Source: a virus
DNA length: 64,000 nucleotides
Direction: 5' to 3' (one strand)
IMG/VR virus record: IMGVR_UViG_3300042946_000263
Coordinates: 2,330-66,329 of that record
Under the pieces are notes generated by a model that saw only the letters and a program-made list of their open reading frames with translations, was not told the origin of the DNA and did not search any database. Shown one piece after another: positions 16,143 to 24,581 of the stretch (positions within the stretch are counted from its first letter, which is position 1; every line of letters starts with the position of its first letter). The position numbers were made by a program, and so were the translations under genes.

Positions 16143-16508
16143 ATGTCCAGAACTAAAGAATGTTTTATTGCCATTTTCTTTTTTGTGCTTGGCTTTCTAG
16201 TCGTGCATAATATGGCCAAGGCAGATGATGTATTAAAGTGCTATCCTAATGCCGAGTTTATGAAGATGATTGATGAGAAAGCTCTTGTCACTCTTTATAA
16301 TGGCGAAAAGAACGGTAAGATTAACGAAGTAATGATGACTAAAGATCGTCATCTATATATTGTAGAATACGATAAGGCAGCAGACGGTAACGCTCTTCAG
16401 GCCAAGCAGTACTGTGTTAGTGGTATTCTAAATGATGTAACATTCAATGATTCAGCTATTGAGTTTCTATCAAAGCTACTTGATAAGTATAAAGGACAAA
16501 AGACATGA
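16143..16508 (+). CDS. exported/membrane hypothetical protein
   Basis: N-terminal signal/TM segment, Cys pair. Confidence 0.7.
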   Translation: MSRTKECFIAIFFFVLGFLVVHNMAKADDVLKCYPNAEFMKMIDEKALVTLYNGEKNGKINEVMMTKDRHLYIVEYDKAADGNALQAKQYCVSGILNDVTFNDSAIEFLSKLLDKYKGQKT

Positions 16509-16798
16509 GTATTCTTGGACCAGATGGTGCAACAGCAGGAGTTAGTTTTCCTACAGGCGGATTACAGAAGAAGAAGCCAATTGCTGATATTCGTATGGTA
16601 ATGTTTCCTAAGATGATGGTTCATCCAGAAACAAAGCAGATGGTAATGGTTCCAATGCAGGATCTTCAATATCAGCGTGAAGGTTCGAACGAATGGTTTT
16701 CTGTTGCTATTCACGAAACTGAAAAGCACGACTTTAACCCGGAGGAAAAGAATGAAGAAGTATCTAGTACTAGCCCTAGTGGGGTTATCCTTTCTTAG
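16505..16798 (+). CDS. hypothetical protein
   Basis: 97 aa, ATGA overlap. Confidence 0.65.
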   Translation: MSILGPDGATAGVSFPTGGLQKKKPIADIRMVMFPKMMVHPETKQMVMVPMQDLQYQREGSNEWFSVAIHETEKHDFNPEEKNEEVSSTSPSGVILS

Positions 16799-16877
16799 TT
16801 TGTCTGCTTGTAATAGGGATGACGCTAAATTCGCCGAATGTCTCTTCAGAGACCGCACGTCAAATCCGTGCAATTAA
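16752..16877 (+). CDS. small lipoprotein
   Basis: GGAGG RBS; MKKYLVLALVGLSFLSLSAC lipobox. Confidence 0.6.
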   Translation: MKKYLVLALVGLSFLSLSACNRDDAKFAECLFRDRTSNPCN

Positions 16878-16944
16878 AGAAGATAAAGTAACTGCTCCTT
16901 GGATTGAGGAGTTTGAAAATCAGATACAAACACAATAAATAGGT

Positions 16945-17256
16945 TTGCCGAGGTCGTTGAGAGACGAAAAATAGGTTTCTTGGACGTGGGTGCGATTCCC
17001 ACCGCCTCCACCATGGATACATAGATCGGAAGTGGATGAAAAAGGATACACACACCCGATTATGCAGTTGCCTTTTACCTGCAACTATGTATCTTTGATG
17101 GGGGCGATTCAGGTTCGACAGGATTCAGTAAGGTCGTAAGGAGACCAAAGGCGAAACGTAGATGCAAACGATAATGATGCATCATTTGGAGTTTATGCTC
17201 TAGCGGCATAATCCATTGGGTTTGGCAACTGCACCTAGAAACAGAAGCATGTTGCA
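16945..17256 (+). ncRNA. ssrA: circularly permuted (two-piece) tmRNA, alphaproteobacterial type
   Basis: T-arm + CGCCTCC-A-CCA ending 17013; hairpin intervening segment 17014-17099; 5' acceptor GGGGGCG at 17100 gives G3:U70; tag ORF 17164-17211 ANDNDASFGVYALAA*; outer ends approximate. Confidence 0.93.
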
Positions 17257-17264
17257 TTTTCTAA

Positions 17265-18038
17265 TTGGAGTATATTATGTTTTCATTTTTTCATAGAAGT
17301 TCTGTTTTAGATGTTGATTGTTTCACATCTAATACTAGTGTTTATAAGACAACGCCAATTGTTAATTCTTATAAAGCTAAACCCGAATGGATGGATAATG
17401 TTCCTAAGACTCGTCATGAGTATGCATATAATCCGTTAGGAAACATTTACAATAATTCTTTCAGAAGCGTTAGATCTTGTATTGGATTCTTGGACTTATA
17501 TAAACGTGGATTCATTCTAGAGTCTTGGGCTGATTTTGCTATTGATGTAAGAAACGAAACTTTCTCTTACAACTATACGACTGGCCCAGAGCCAAAGATT
17601 CCTCCGGATAGTATGTTTAATCCTGGTTTTATAGATTATCATATGTTCAAGTTGACTAGTCCTTGGCTGATCACCACCAAAGAGCGTGTTCCATTTATTT
17701 GTTTTGGGACTGAATGGTCTTTAGAAAACATCGATGCTCGTATTATTCCTGGGTCTATTACTTTTCATGATGTTTCGTTCACTAATGTGTTTATGGCTTT
17801 TAAGAAAGCAAAACAGGGCGAACAGTATTTGATGAAGATCCCCATGGGCGAAGCTCTTATGCAATTCGTTCCATTGACTGAAAAGAAGGTTAAGATACAT
17901 AATCATCTAATTAGCGATCAAGAGATGAATCAAAAGAGCCTAACTCCTAGTACCAGTATATATGGATGGAGAAAGACTTTTTCTTTACTACGTCGAAACG
18001 AAAAGCGTGAAAAGAAATGTCCATTTGACTTTTCGTGA
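17265..18038 (+). CDS. conserved phage hypothetical protein (beta-rich)
   Basis: 257 aa; PEW...C.GF.D...GF.L..W.D...KL.SPW...PG...G..L.Q.VP pattern common in aquatic T4-like phages; start may be 17277. Confidence 0.75.
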   Translation: MEYIMFSFFHRSSVLDVDCFTSNTSVYKTTPIVNSYKAKPEWMDNVPKTRHEYAYNPLGNIYNNSFRSVRSCIGFLDLYKRGFILESWADFAIDVRNETFSYNYTTGPEPKIPPDSMFNPGFIDYHMFKLTSPWLITTKERVPFICFGTEWSLENIDARIIPGSITFHDVSFTNVFMAFKKAKQGEQYLMKIPMGEALMQFVPLTEKKVKIHNHLISDQEMNQKSLTPSTSIYGWRKTFSLLRRNEKREKKCPFDFS

Positions 18039-18053
18039 AATATGTAGTATAAT
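18025..18053 (+). promoter_or_regulatory. sigma70-type promoter for tRNA
   Basis: TTGACT-N17-TATAAT about 10 nt upstream of the tRNA. Confidence 0.75.
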
Positions 18054-18062
18054 ACTAATAAT

Positions 18063-18139
18063 GGTCCCCTAGCTCAGCTGGATAGAGCAACGGATTTCTA
18101 CTCCGTGGGTCGAGGGTTCGAATCCTTCGGGGACCGCCA
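18063..18139 (+). tRNA. tRNA-Arg (anticodon TCT)
   Basis: acceptor GGTCCCC/GGGGACC, D arm GCTC/GAGC, anticodon stem ACGGA/TCCGT with loop TTTCTAC, T loop TTCGAAT, encoded CCA. Confidence 0.95.
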
Positions 18140-18151
18140 TTTCTCGAGGTT

Positions 18152-18709
18152 GTGATGGAAATTATTGACAATTTTCTAGACAAAGCTATTAGCGATGATC
18201 TAGAACAAACATTATCCGGAAGCGACTTCCCTTGGTATTACAGCGACTTCACCACACACTCAAAACAATACACCACTGATAAGACTCGAGATTGCAGTCA
18301 ATTTACTCATGTATTCTTTTTACATGATAATATTAATTCAGGTTATTATCCATTAATTCAACCAATCATCGAAGCCTCTGGTAGATCTACTGAAAAGTTA
18401 GTAAGAGCCAAGGCTAATCTGATTTACAGGCATTCTGATTGGCCTGTTGGCGTTTACAATCTTCCTCACGCCGACCATACGAAAGAAGTTGACGCAGAGT
18501 CATTATTATATTATGTTAATGACAGCGATGGGTGCACTGTAATATTCGAAGAAAAAGAACCGATAAATAAGCATGAATTGACAATAAAACAAAAAATTAA
18601 ACCTATGAGAAATAGGTTAATTGCCTTTGATTCTATGTTATTGCATGCTAGCACTCCTCCATCTTCTCATGAATTGAGAATGGTGATCAATCTAGTTTTC
18701 ACAAAATAA
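18152..18709 (+). CDS. 2OG-Fe(II) oxygenase (FPWYY family)
   Basis: IIDNFL; FPWYY; PHAD; LYYVNDSDG.T; FD...HAS; RMVIN. Confidence 0.85.
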   Translation: MMEIIDNFLDKAISDDLEQTLSGSDFPWYYSDFTTHSKQYTTDKTRDCSQFTHVFFLHDNINSGYYPLIQPIIEASGRSTEKLVRAKANLIYRHSDWPVGVYNLPHADHTKEVDAESLLYYVNDSDGCTVIFEEKEPINKHELTIKQKIKPMRNRLIAFDSMLLHASTPPSSHELRMVINLVFTK

Positions 18710-18841
18710 AGGTGTTCAGATGTCAAGAAACAATCACTGGTTCTGGAACAGTTTTGTCGTTAACAAATTCCAACAATCACTACTAGACCTATCATCATGG
18801 ATTTGGCGTAAACAGTCAGGTCGCTAACTGGAGTATATATT

Positions 18842-19048
18842 ATGGCGCTTTATCATGGGCACAAAGAATACGGTACAGGTTATTATCTTACGCTAATCGC
18901 AATCTGGCTCGTTTTTGCCGTAGGTTGGGTTATGAATATTATTGCTATCTGGAACACGATCGATAATCCTGTAACAGCTAAGTTTATTCTTCGCTGTATT
19001 GGTGTTTTCGTTGGTCCCGTCGGCGCTATCTTGGGGTATGTATCGTGA
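18842..19048 (+). CDS. small membrane protein
   Basis: GWVMNI...R.IGVFV.P.GAILGY motif. Confidence 0.75.
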   Translation: MALYHGHKEYGTGYYLTLIAIWLVFAVGWVMNIIAIWNTIDNPVTAKFILRCIGVFVGPVGAILGYVS

Positions 19049-19443
19049 ATAAACTATTGATTGCTGCAGCAGTTCTATTCTCAACTTCTGCTCTAGCAGA
19101 TTATGATGTGGTAGTTTCTAAACGTAATCAGACAATGACAGTTTATGAAGATGGAGAGTTAATCGAACAGTGGCCAGTTTCTACCGCACGTAGAGGCTAC
19201 GTAACACCATCAGGAACTTTCCATCCTTATTCTTATCAACTAATGCACTACTCAAAGAAGTTCGACAATGCCCCGATGCCTCATTCTATCTTTTTTAGCG
19301 GTGGTTATGCAATTCACGCTACTCCTCATGTTGGTGCTTTGGGTCGACCCGCTTCTCACGGCTGCGTTCGCCTTTCTCCAAGCAATGCTGCTACTCTTTA
19401 CAGTATGACTAGAGGCGTTCCAACTACGATCACGATTAAATGA
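19045..19443 (+). CDS. L,D-transpeptidase (YkuD/ErfK family), exported
   Basis: signal peptide; WPVSTAR..Y.TP.G; MP.SIFF.GGYAIH; LGRPASHGCVRL catalytic motif. Confidence 0.92.
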   Translation: MNKLLIAAAVLFSTSALADYDVVVSKRNQTMTVYEDGELIEQWPVSTARRGYVTPSGTFHPYSYQLMHYSKKFDNAPMPHSIFFSGGYAIHATPHVGALGRPASHGCVRLSPSNAATLYSMTRGVPTTITIK

Positions 19444-19928
19444 TATTCATTTTTGATAATGTAATATCTAAAGAACGTTGTGAGAATTATTGTAAGTATA
19501 TTCAAACAACATACGACGAAAGGCTTGCATTAGGAATGAATCCTATGAGTTTTGCTACAAGGCTCATAGATTTGGATGATCCTCTTATTCAAGAGGTACA
19601 AGATTATCTAGAATCAAAAATCAGATATAAATTAAACCACCGATGGACTCAGTTACAGATATGGCCTGTCGACAGTTATACTGTCAGACATATTCATGAT
19701 GATCCTAGGGCTGGTGATGCTAATTTCAACAGTATGTTATATCTGAACGACGATTTCGAAAGTGGAAAATTCTTTACTGACGACATAATCATCCAGCCAA
19801 AACCTGGAAGATTAACGCTGTTCAACGGTCAAGAAGTATATCATGGTATTGACCCCGTACAAAAGTCTAACAGATATTCTATCATTTTTTGGTGGAACAT
19901 CGATTTAAGTAAAGGAACAAACTCATGA
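19440..19928 (+). CDS. 2OG-Fe(II) oxygenase, prolyl-4-hydroxylase-like
   Basis: HIHDD; LYLNDDFE.G; PKPG.L.LF; YHG; R. Confidence 0.85.
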   Translation: MIFIFDNVISKERCENYCKYIQTTYDERLALGMNPMSFATRLIDLDDPLIQEVQDYLESKIRYKLNHRWTQLQIWPVDSYTVRHIHDDPRAGDANFNSMLYLNDDFESGKFFTDDIIIQPKPGRLTLFNGQEVYHGIDPVQKSNRYSIIFWWNIDLSKGTNS

Positions 19929-20107
19929 CGTCAAAATCTTCATATTCTTACTCGCATGCTTCCACTATAAAGTGGGCTCTTGAAATGGAACTGAACCGAT
20001 TAAAGTGTGTGAGGGTGAATAACGAAGAAGTCATGGTTTTCCTTAAGAAGAGAATTGAAGAACTGAAGGAACATGAAAAAGAATGCTTAAAAATTCAGGC
20101 TTCGTAG
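19925..20107 (+). CDS. hypothetical protein
   Basis: 60 aa, overlaps neighbours. Confidence 0.55.
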   Translation: MTSKSSYSYSHASTIKWALEMELNRLKCVRVNNEEVMVFLKKRIEELKEHEKECLKIQAS

Positions 20108-20301
20108 AAGAAGTAGAAAAACTCTGTCGAGAAAAGAACATCGAATATATTGATGCCATCGTTTTCTGGTGTCAGAAAAACAACCTGGAAGTGGAAACGG
20201 CTGCATACTGGATCAAAAAAGACCCAGTTATGAAGTCCAAGATCCAAGTAGAGGCTGAAAATCTCAATATCCTCAAACGTGGAGCCAGACTTCCCATATA
20301 A
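20083..20301 (+). CDS. gp33: late promoter transcription co-activator
   Basis: F..EVEK...IEYIDAIV.WC..N.LE.E...KI..EA..LN.L....LP matches T4-like gp33. Confidence 0.88.
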   Translation: MLKNSGFVEEVEKLCREKNIEYIDAIVFWCQKNNLEVETAAYWIKKDPVMKSKIQVEAENLNILKRGARLPI

Positions 20302-20304
20302 ATA
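20297..20304 (+). promoter_or_regulatory. T4-type late promoter TATAAATA
   Basis: exact consensus; also at 21370, 44353, 50167 and on minus strand at 27032-27039. Confidence 0.75.
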
Positions 20305-20332
20305 TTAGGTTCAACCATTGTTGGAGGCGTTT

Positions 20333-20902
20333 ATGCGTATAAAAACAATAGGTCGACCATCGCACGTATCTTCGAAAATAATCAAAAAAGCGGCATATTT
20401 TTATGGTAAATATCTGATCGGAGGCGGAAAACTCTTTAATAATATCCATTTGACTATCCAGTTTGAAAAAGTTACTAACGATGATGGTGATTACGCATAC
20501 TGCGATTGGACAGACGGTAACGATAGTTGTAGAGAGTTTTTAATAGGTATTGATCGTGCTCTCAGCAAGAAGGAAACCCTGCTTGCTCTTGCTCACGAGA
20601 TGGTCCATCTTAAACAATACGCCAAAGGCGAAATGAAAGACATTTGGCGTCCAGTGCGGATGGTTAAATGGCAAGGCGAAAGATATTTGCACGAAGAAAT
20701 GGACTATTGGGAATGTCCATGGGAAATTGAAGCGTATGGCCGAGAAAAAGGTCTTTACTTCAAATTTTTGACTTATCTACAGTATGGAGAACCTGAGGAA
20801 TTATGTCGGCGTTCGAAGCATATAAAGAGTACGTTGCCCTCAAAAATCACTTTACCAAAACCGATTACGACTATATCAAATACAACGGAAAAACCGGATT
20901 AA
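20333..20902 (+). CDS. SprT-like zinc metallopeptidase
   Basis: LAHEMVHLKQY (HExxH) and PWEIEAY; start MRIK at 20333 after GGAGG. Confidence 0.82.
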   Translation: MRIKTIGRPSHVSSKIIKKAAYFYGKYLIGGGKLFNNIHLTIQFEKVTNDDGDYAYCDWTDGNDSCREFLIGIDRALSKKETLLALAHEMVHLKQYAKGEMKDIWRPVRMVKWQGERYLHEEMDYWECPWEIEAYGREKGLYFKFLTYLQYGEPEELCRRSKHIKSTLPSKITLPKPITTISNTTEKPD

Positions 20903-21369
20903 AGCACGCATCGTTTGATAAGCGTAAGGATAAGGTGTTCTTTGAGAAATTATCTAAAATTGAAAATGTATGCGAGTTTCTCATTGCTAATTTTATTGTT
21001 GATCCAAAACTATGGATCCGTGATCTCGCATATTCAGAGACTGCTCAAGTAGTTTATCAGAACTGGAAGAAACGTAATCAGTCTCTTACATATAATTTCA
21101 AAAACGACTTCAAGAAAATTCTACAAGAACCAAAAGGGCAGCAACACCCAGCTGCCCTGAGGTTATATCTTGGTAACCAGATCAGCTTAGAGTCCCTTTG
21201 TATTTTTGTTAAAATGACAAAAGCATTAGAACAGTGGGACTCTAAACTGGAATATGACCCGATATGGGATGACGTCCGATTGAAGGTTGTGAAGTATACT
21301 CCATTTATAAAATGCGATTATGAGAAGGTGAAGCAAATAATGCTTGACATTATGAGCGATATGGAGTAA
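20803..21369 (+). CDS. gp59: helicase loader
   Basis: AY..YVALKNHF...YDY.KY.GK....SF.KRKD..FF.KL; position upstream of gp32. Confidence 0.9.
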   Translation: MSAFEAYKEYVALKNHFTKTDYDYIKYNGKTGLKHASFDKRKDKVFFEKLSKIENVCEFLIANFIVDPKLWIRDLAYSETAQVVYQNWKKRNQSLTYNFKNDFKKILQEPKGQQHPAALRLYLGNQISLESLCIFVKMTKALEQWDSKLEYDPIWDDVRLKVVKYTPFIKCDYEKVKQIMLDIMSDME

Positions 21370-21437
21370 TATAAATAATGATGGCGATACAAATGCCATT
21401 CATACAATTGTTATACACTGTAATACGGAGATTATAC

Positions 21438-22346
21438 ATGGTAGATTTTAAGTCCCTCAAAGCAGCTTCAGGTAAGAAGTCTCTCGAATCCCTAACATCA
21501 GAACTCAATAAGCTATCAGGCGGCGAAGGAAAAGGTTCCGACGATCGTTTCTGGTCGCCAACAGTCGATAAGGCTGGTAATGGTTATGCTGTTATTCGTT
21601 TCCTTCCTCCGCCACAGAATGAAGACGTTCCTTTCGTTCGTATCTTCGATCATGGTTTCCAGGGTCCAGGTGGTTGGTATATTGAAAACTCCCTGACAAC
21701 TATTGGTAAGAACGATCCAGTTTCAGAGTATAACTCTAAGCTATGGAACTCTGGTATTGAAGCCAATAAGGAAATTGCTCGTAAGCAGAAGCGTCGTCTT
21801 CACTTCATCAGCAATATCTACGTTGTCAGCGATCAGGGTAATCCTGCAAACGAAGGTAAAGTTTTCCTTTACAAGTACGGAAAGAAGATTTTCGACAAGC
21901 TGAAGGAAGCAATGGAACCACAGTTTGCTGACGAGGAAGCAATCAATCCATTCGATATGTGGGCTGGCGCTTCATTCAAGCTAAAGATTCGTAATCTTGA
22001 AGGTTATCGTAATTATGATAAGTCAGAGTTTGATAAGCCAGGTCCACTACTAAAGGACGATGAAGAGCTAGAAAAGGTTTGGAAGAGCGAACATTCTCTT
22101 CAGGAATTTCTTGCTCCATCTAACTTCAAGTCAGAAGAAGAACTACGTGCTCGACTAGCAAAGGTTCTTGCTGAAGACTCTGCTCCGGCCAAGCGTGCTA
22201 AGGCAGAAAATACTGAAGTTCCATGGGATGATGCTGAGGAATCAACTGCTCCATCATTCAAGGCAACTCATGCGCCGAAGTATTCTGGTGATGATGAAGA
22301 TGAAGATGAGACAATTAAGTTCTTTAAGAAACTAGCTAACGACTAA
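21438..22346 (+). CDS. gp32: single-stranded DNA-binding protein
   Basis: DDRFW...DKAGNGYAVIRFLP, HGFQGPGGWYIENS, YGKKIFDK, acidic tail; start MVDF at 21438 after GGAG. Confidence 0.97.
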   Translation: MVDFKSLKAASGKKSLESLTSELNKLSGGEGKGSDDRFWSPTVDKAGNGYAVIRFLPPPQNEDVPFVRIFDHGFQGPGGWYIENSLTTIGKNDPVSEYNSKLWNSGIEANKEIARKQKRRLHFISNIYVVSDQGNPANEGKVFLYKYGKKIFDKLKEAMEPQFADEEAINPFDMWAGASFKLKIRNLEGYRNYDKSEFDKPGPLLKDDEELEKVWKSEHSLQEFLAPSNFKSEEELRARLAKVLAEDSAPAKRAKAENTEVPWDDAEESTAPSFKATHAPKYSGDDEDEDETIKFFKKLAND

Positions 22347-22349
22347 AAG

Positions 22350-22373
22350 AAAGGGAGCTTGGCTCCCTTTTTA
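22350..22373. terminator. bidirectional intrinsic terminator
   Basis: AAAGGGAGC-TTG-GCTCCCTTTT between convergent genes. Confidence 0.85.
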
Positions 22374-24392
22374 TTATCCCCACATATTCTTCTTATAGTG
22401 TTTCATTTCTTCCCAATGATTACCGCCAATCATAGCAGCCCAATCTGGCCAACCAATATCATCTGGTGTATTATAAGCGTATCCTGAATTATCAGCAGCA
22501 GACATTGGACTTGCCCCTCCAGTCATAGAAGGAGTATTAGTAGGAGTTACAGTCTGTTGTTGTGCAGATTCTTCCATTGCCTGTGACTGAACAGCCGCCT
22601 GACTTACAGTTCTAGCATTCATAGAAGCCATAGAAGGAGAAGGAGTTAATTCTGCAGAGATCGCTGAAGCTATCATTGGAAGTAGTCCTCCAATCATCCC
22701 ACCAAACCCTCCAGGTATAAAGCCGCCTAACATTCCCATAAGCTGTCCTGTCATGTCCCCACCCATTGGAGCGCCCATCATACCAGTAGTCATTGGCGCT
22801 TGCTGTATTGGTTCTGCTACAGGAGCAGCCATTGGTGCTGCAGAAGGAGCAGTTGTTGATGGAGTAGCTGCATAAGGAGTTGCTCCCTGTGCAGCTCTTT
22901 GTTCTGGCGTTCCTGCCATTTGATATGTGTCTGGAACTGCTGGAGCGCCACCTTTTCTGAGCTCAGCATGTAGATGGTCATTATGACCAGCAGCGCCATA
23001 TGGCCCAGATTCTCTCCAGAAAACCTTATAACCGAGTCTAGTTAATTGATCAGCTAGATGATCAAACTTTGCTCCGAGAACAGGATTTGTCGCTTCTGTA
23101 TTACCCTTACCAATATTAATATCAATCGCTCTTCCTTCATAATGGGCTCTACCTTTATGAACTCCTGCGACGCCACCAAAAGAAGGATGTTCAGAAATTC
23201 TCATTCCCATTTTTTCTAGAGCATGGCCAAGAGCAACAATATCACCAGAAGGTAATGCAGCAGAAGTTTCTACTTTTTCTCCGTGAGCTTGTCCTTCATG
23301 CATAGCACCACTGATAGGGCCATGGCCGCCTTCTTTACCAATTGTTTCAGTTCTTGGGGAAGTAGCAGAAGGTACAGCTTCTGGCTTAGAAACTGGTGTA
23401 GCAGTTGGCGTTGTTGAGGGTGTAGTTGCTGCAGATGTTACTGGCGTAGCAGTTTCGCCGCCTTTAGAACTTGTTAGTCTTTCTGCATTAGCTATTCTTT
23501 TTGATCTATGTTCGCCAGAAGATCTTTCATAAAATTCGTCAACCTTTGCAGCAGCATCAGCTGCAGATTTAGCCATTTTAAGAATATTGCCTGCTTTGGC
23601 TTCACTATTTTTTAATTCCCAGTCAACGAAAGCAAGTTGGTCTTGGAATGTAGAACCAATTAATGGTTTTCCCATTATTTGTTGGAATCTTGCCTGCCTA
23701 TCAGGATGCCATTGTGCTATACCAACAGCTGTGCCTCCATCGCCCTTTTTCTTTCCGCTTATTACAGCAGAAGAAAAATTCTCAGATTCCACTTGAAGAT
23801 TGCCAACAATACCAGCTGACTGTTCTTTTGACCAACCTTTTGACTGGAAAAATGACATAGCTTCAGAGGAACTACCATTTGGTTGCATTGCCGTGGCTCC
23901 ACCACCACCGCCACCCATGCCGCCAGCGACATAACCTACTGCTCCACCAACTGCAGCGGCACCGATTTTTTCAACAACGCTTCCTAAACCAGTAGTAAGA
24001 GAACTAAGAATATTACCAGTGCCAGATCCAACCAAATTATTGGAAAGGTTGGTATTCATACTTTCAACGTTTCTATTCAATATTCTAATGTTTTTAGAAA
24101 TATCGCTTAGATAACCTTGCATAGTTGTTTGGATACTGGCCGTTTCTTGGAATATTCTGATTAGGCCATCTATCTTATCATTAGTTTGTTCTGTAGCATA
24201 TTGACCTTCCTGAATACTATTGTGAAGGTCGTTAATATCTTTTCTTTGTGCAGAAAAAGTAGTAGCAATATCTTTGACTATTTTAGAAAGATTGGCTGCT
24301 GAAGCGTTTGCAGCTTGTCTGAATTGACCAGCAGATTCTCCCATTGCTGATCTTATACTTCTGGATACTTCTGCTAATTCTGCCGTTGCCAT
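22374..24392 (-). CDS. tape-measure/baseplate-hub-like protein with tail lysozyme and M15-like peptidase domains
   Basis: N-terminal coiled coil; GWSKEQSAGIVGNLQVES...GIAQW...R (Phage_lysozyme2); HYEGRAID...HNDHLH (LAS peptidase); position next to gp51. Confidence 0.75.
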   Translation of the reverse strand: MATAELAEVSRSIRSAMGESAGQFRQAANASAANLSKIVKDIATTFSAQRKDINDLHNSIQEGQYATEQTNDKIDGLIRIFQETASIQTTMQGYLSDISKNIRILNRNVESMNTNLSNNLVGSGTGNILSSLTTGLGSVVEKIGAAAVGGAVGYVAGGMGGGGGGATAMQPNGSSSEAMSFFQSKGWSKEQSAGIVGNLQVESENFSSAVISGKKKGDGGTAVGIAQWHPDRQARFQQIMGKPLIGSTFQDQLAFVDWELKNSEAKAGNILKMAKSAADAAAKVDEFYERSSGEHRSKRIANAERLTSSKGGETATPVTSAATTPSTTPTATPVSKPEAVPSATSPRTETIGKEGGHGPISGAMHEGQAHGEKVETSAALPSGDIVALGHALEKMGMRISEHPSFGGVAGVHKGRAHYEGRAIDINIGKGNTEATNPVLGAKFDHLADQLTRLGYKVFWRESGPYGAAGHNDHLHAELRKGGAPAVPDTYQMAGTPEQRAAQGATPYAATPSTTAPSAAPMAAPVAEPIQQAPMTTGMMGAPMGGDMTGQLMGMLGGFIPGGFGGMIGGLLPMIASAISAELTPSPSMASMNARTVSQAAVQSQAMEESAQQQTVTPTNTPSMTGGASPMSAADNSGYAYNTPDDIGWPDWAAMIGGNHWEEMKHYKKNMWG

Positions 24393-24395
24393 TTC

Positions 24396-24581
24396 TTACC
24401 TATTTGCTTGTTGTCTTTTTGCTTCTTCTACTTCTTTGATATAATTCACCAACATTTGCACATAGATATCTCGTTCAAATGGTATAAGATTTTCTACATC
24501 AGATATTGAATATTTATGGTGCTGAACCAACGAAAATATAGTAGAGTAATAATTACCCAGATCAGTATGGCTCAGCGCCAC
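24396..24581 (-). CDS. gp51: baseplate hub assembly catalyst
   Basis: L.NYY...F.L.QHHKYS...ENLIPFERDIY. Confidence 0.85.
   Translation of the reverse strand: MALSHTDLGNYYSTIFSLVQHHKYSISDVENLIPFERDIYVQMLVNYIKEVEEAKRQQANR

Noticed and set aside
16846-17257. Minus-strand ORFs 16846..17055 and 17075..17257
   Set aside because: They overlap the tmRNA antisense and have no coding features.
18090-18106. Amber suppressor tRNA (CTA visible in the loop) or recoded genetic code
   Set aside because: With the 5-bp stem ACGGA/TCCGT the loop TTTCTAC centres on TCT (Arg); core genes are intact under the standard code.
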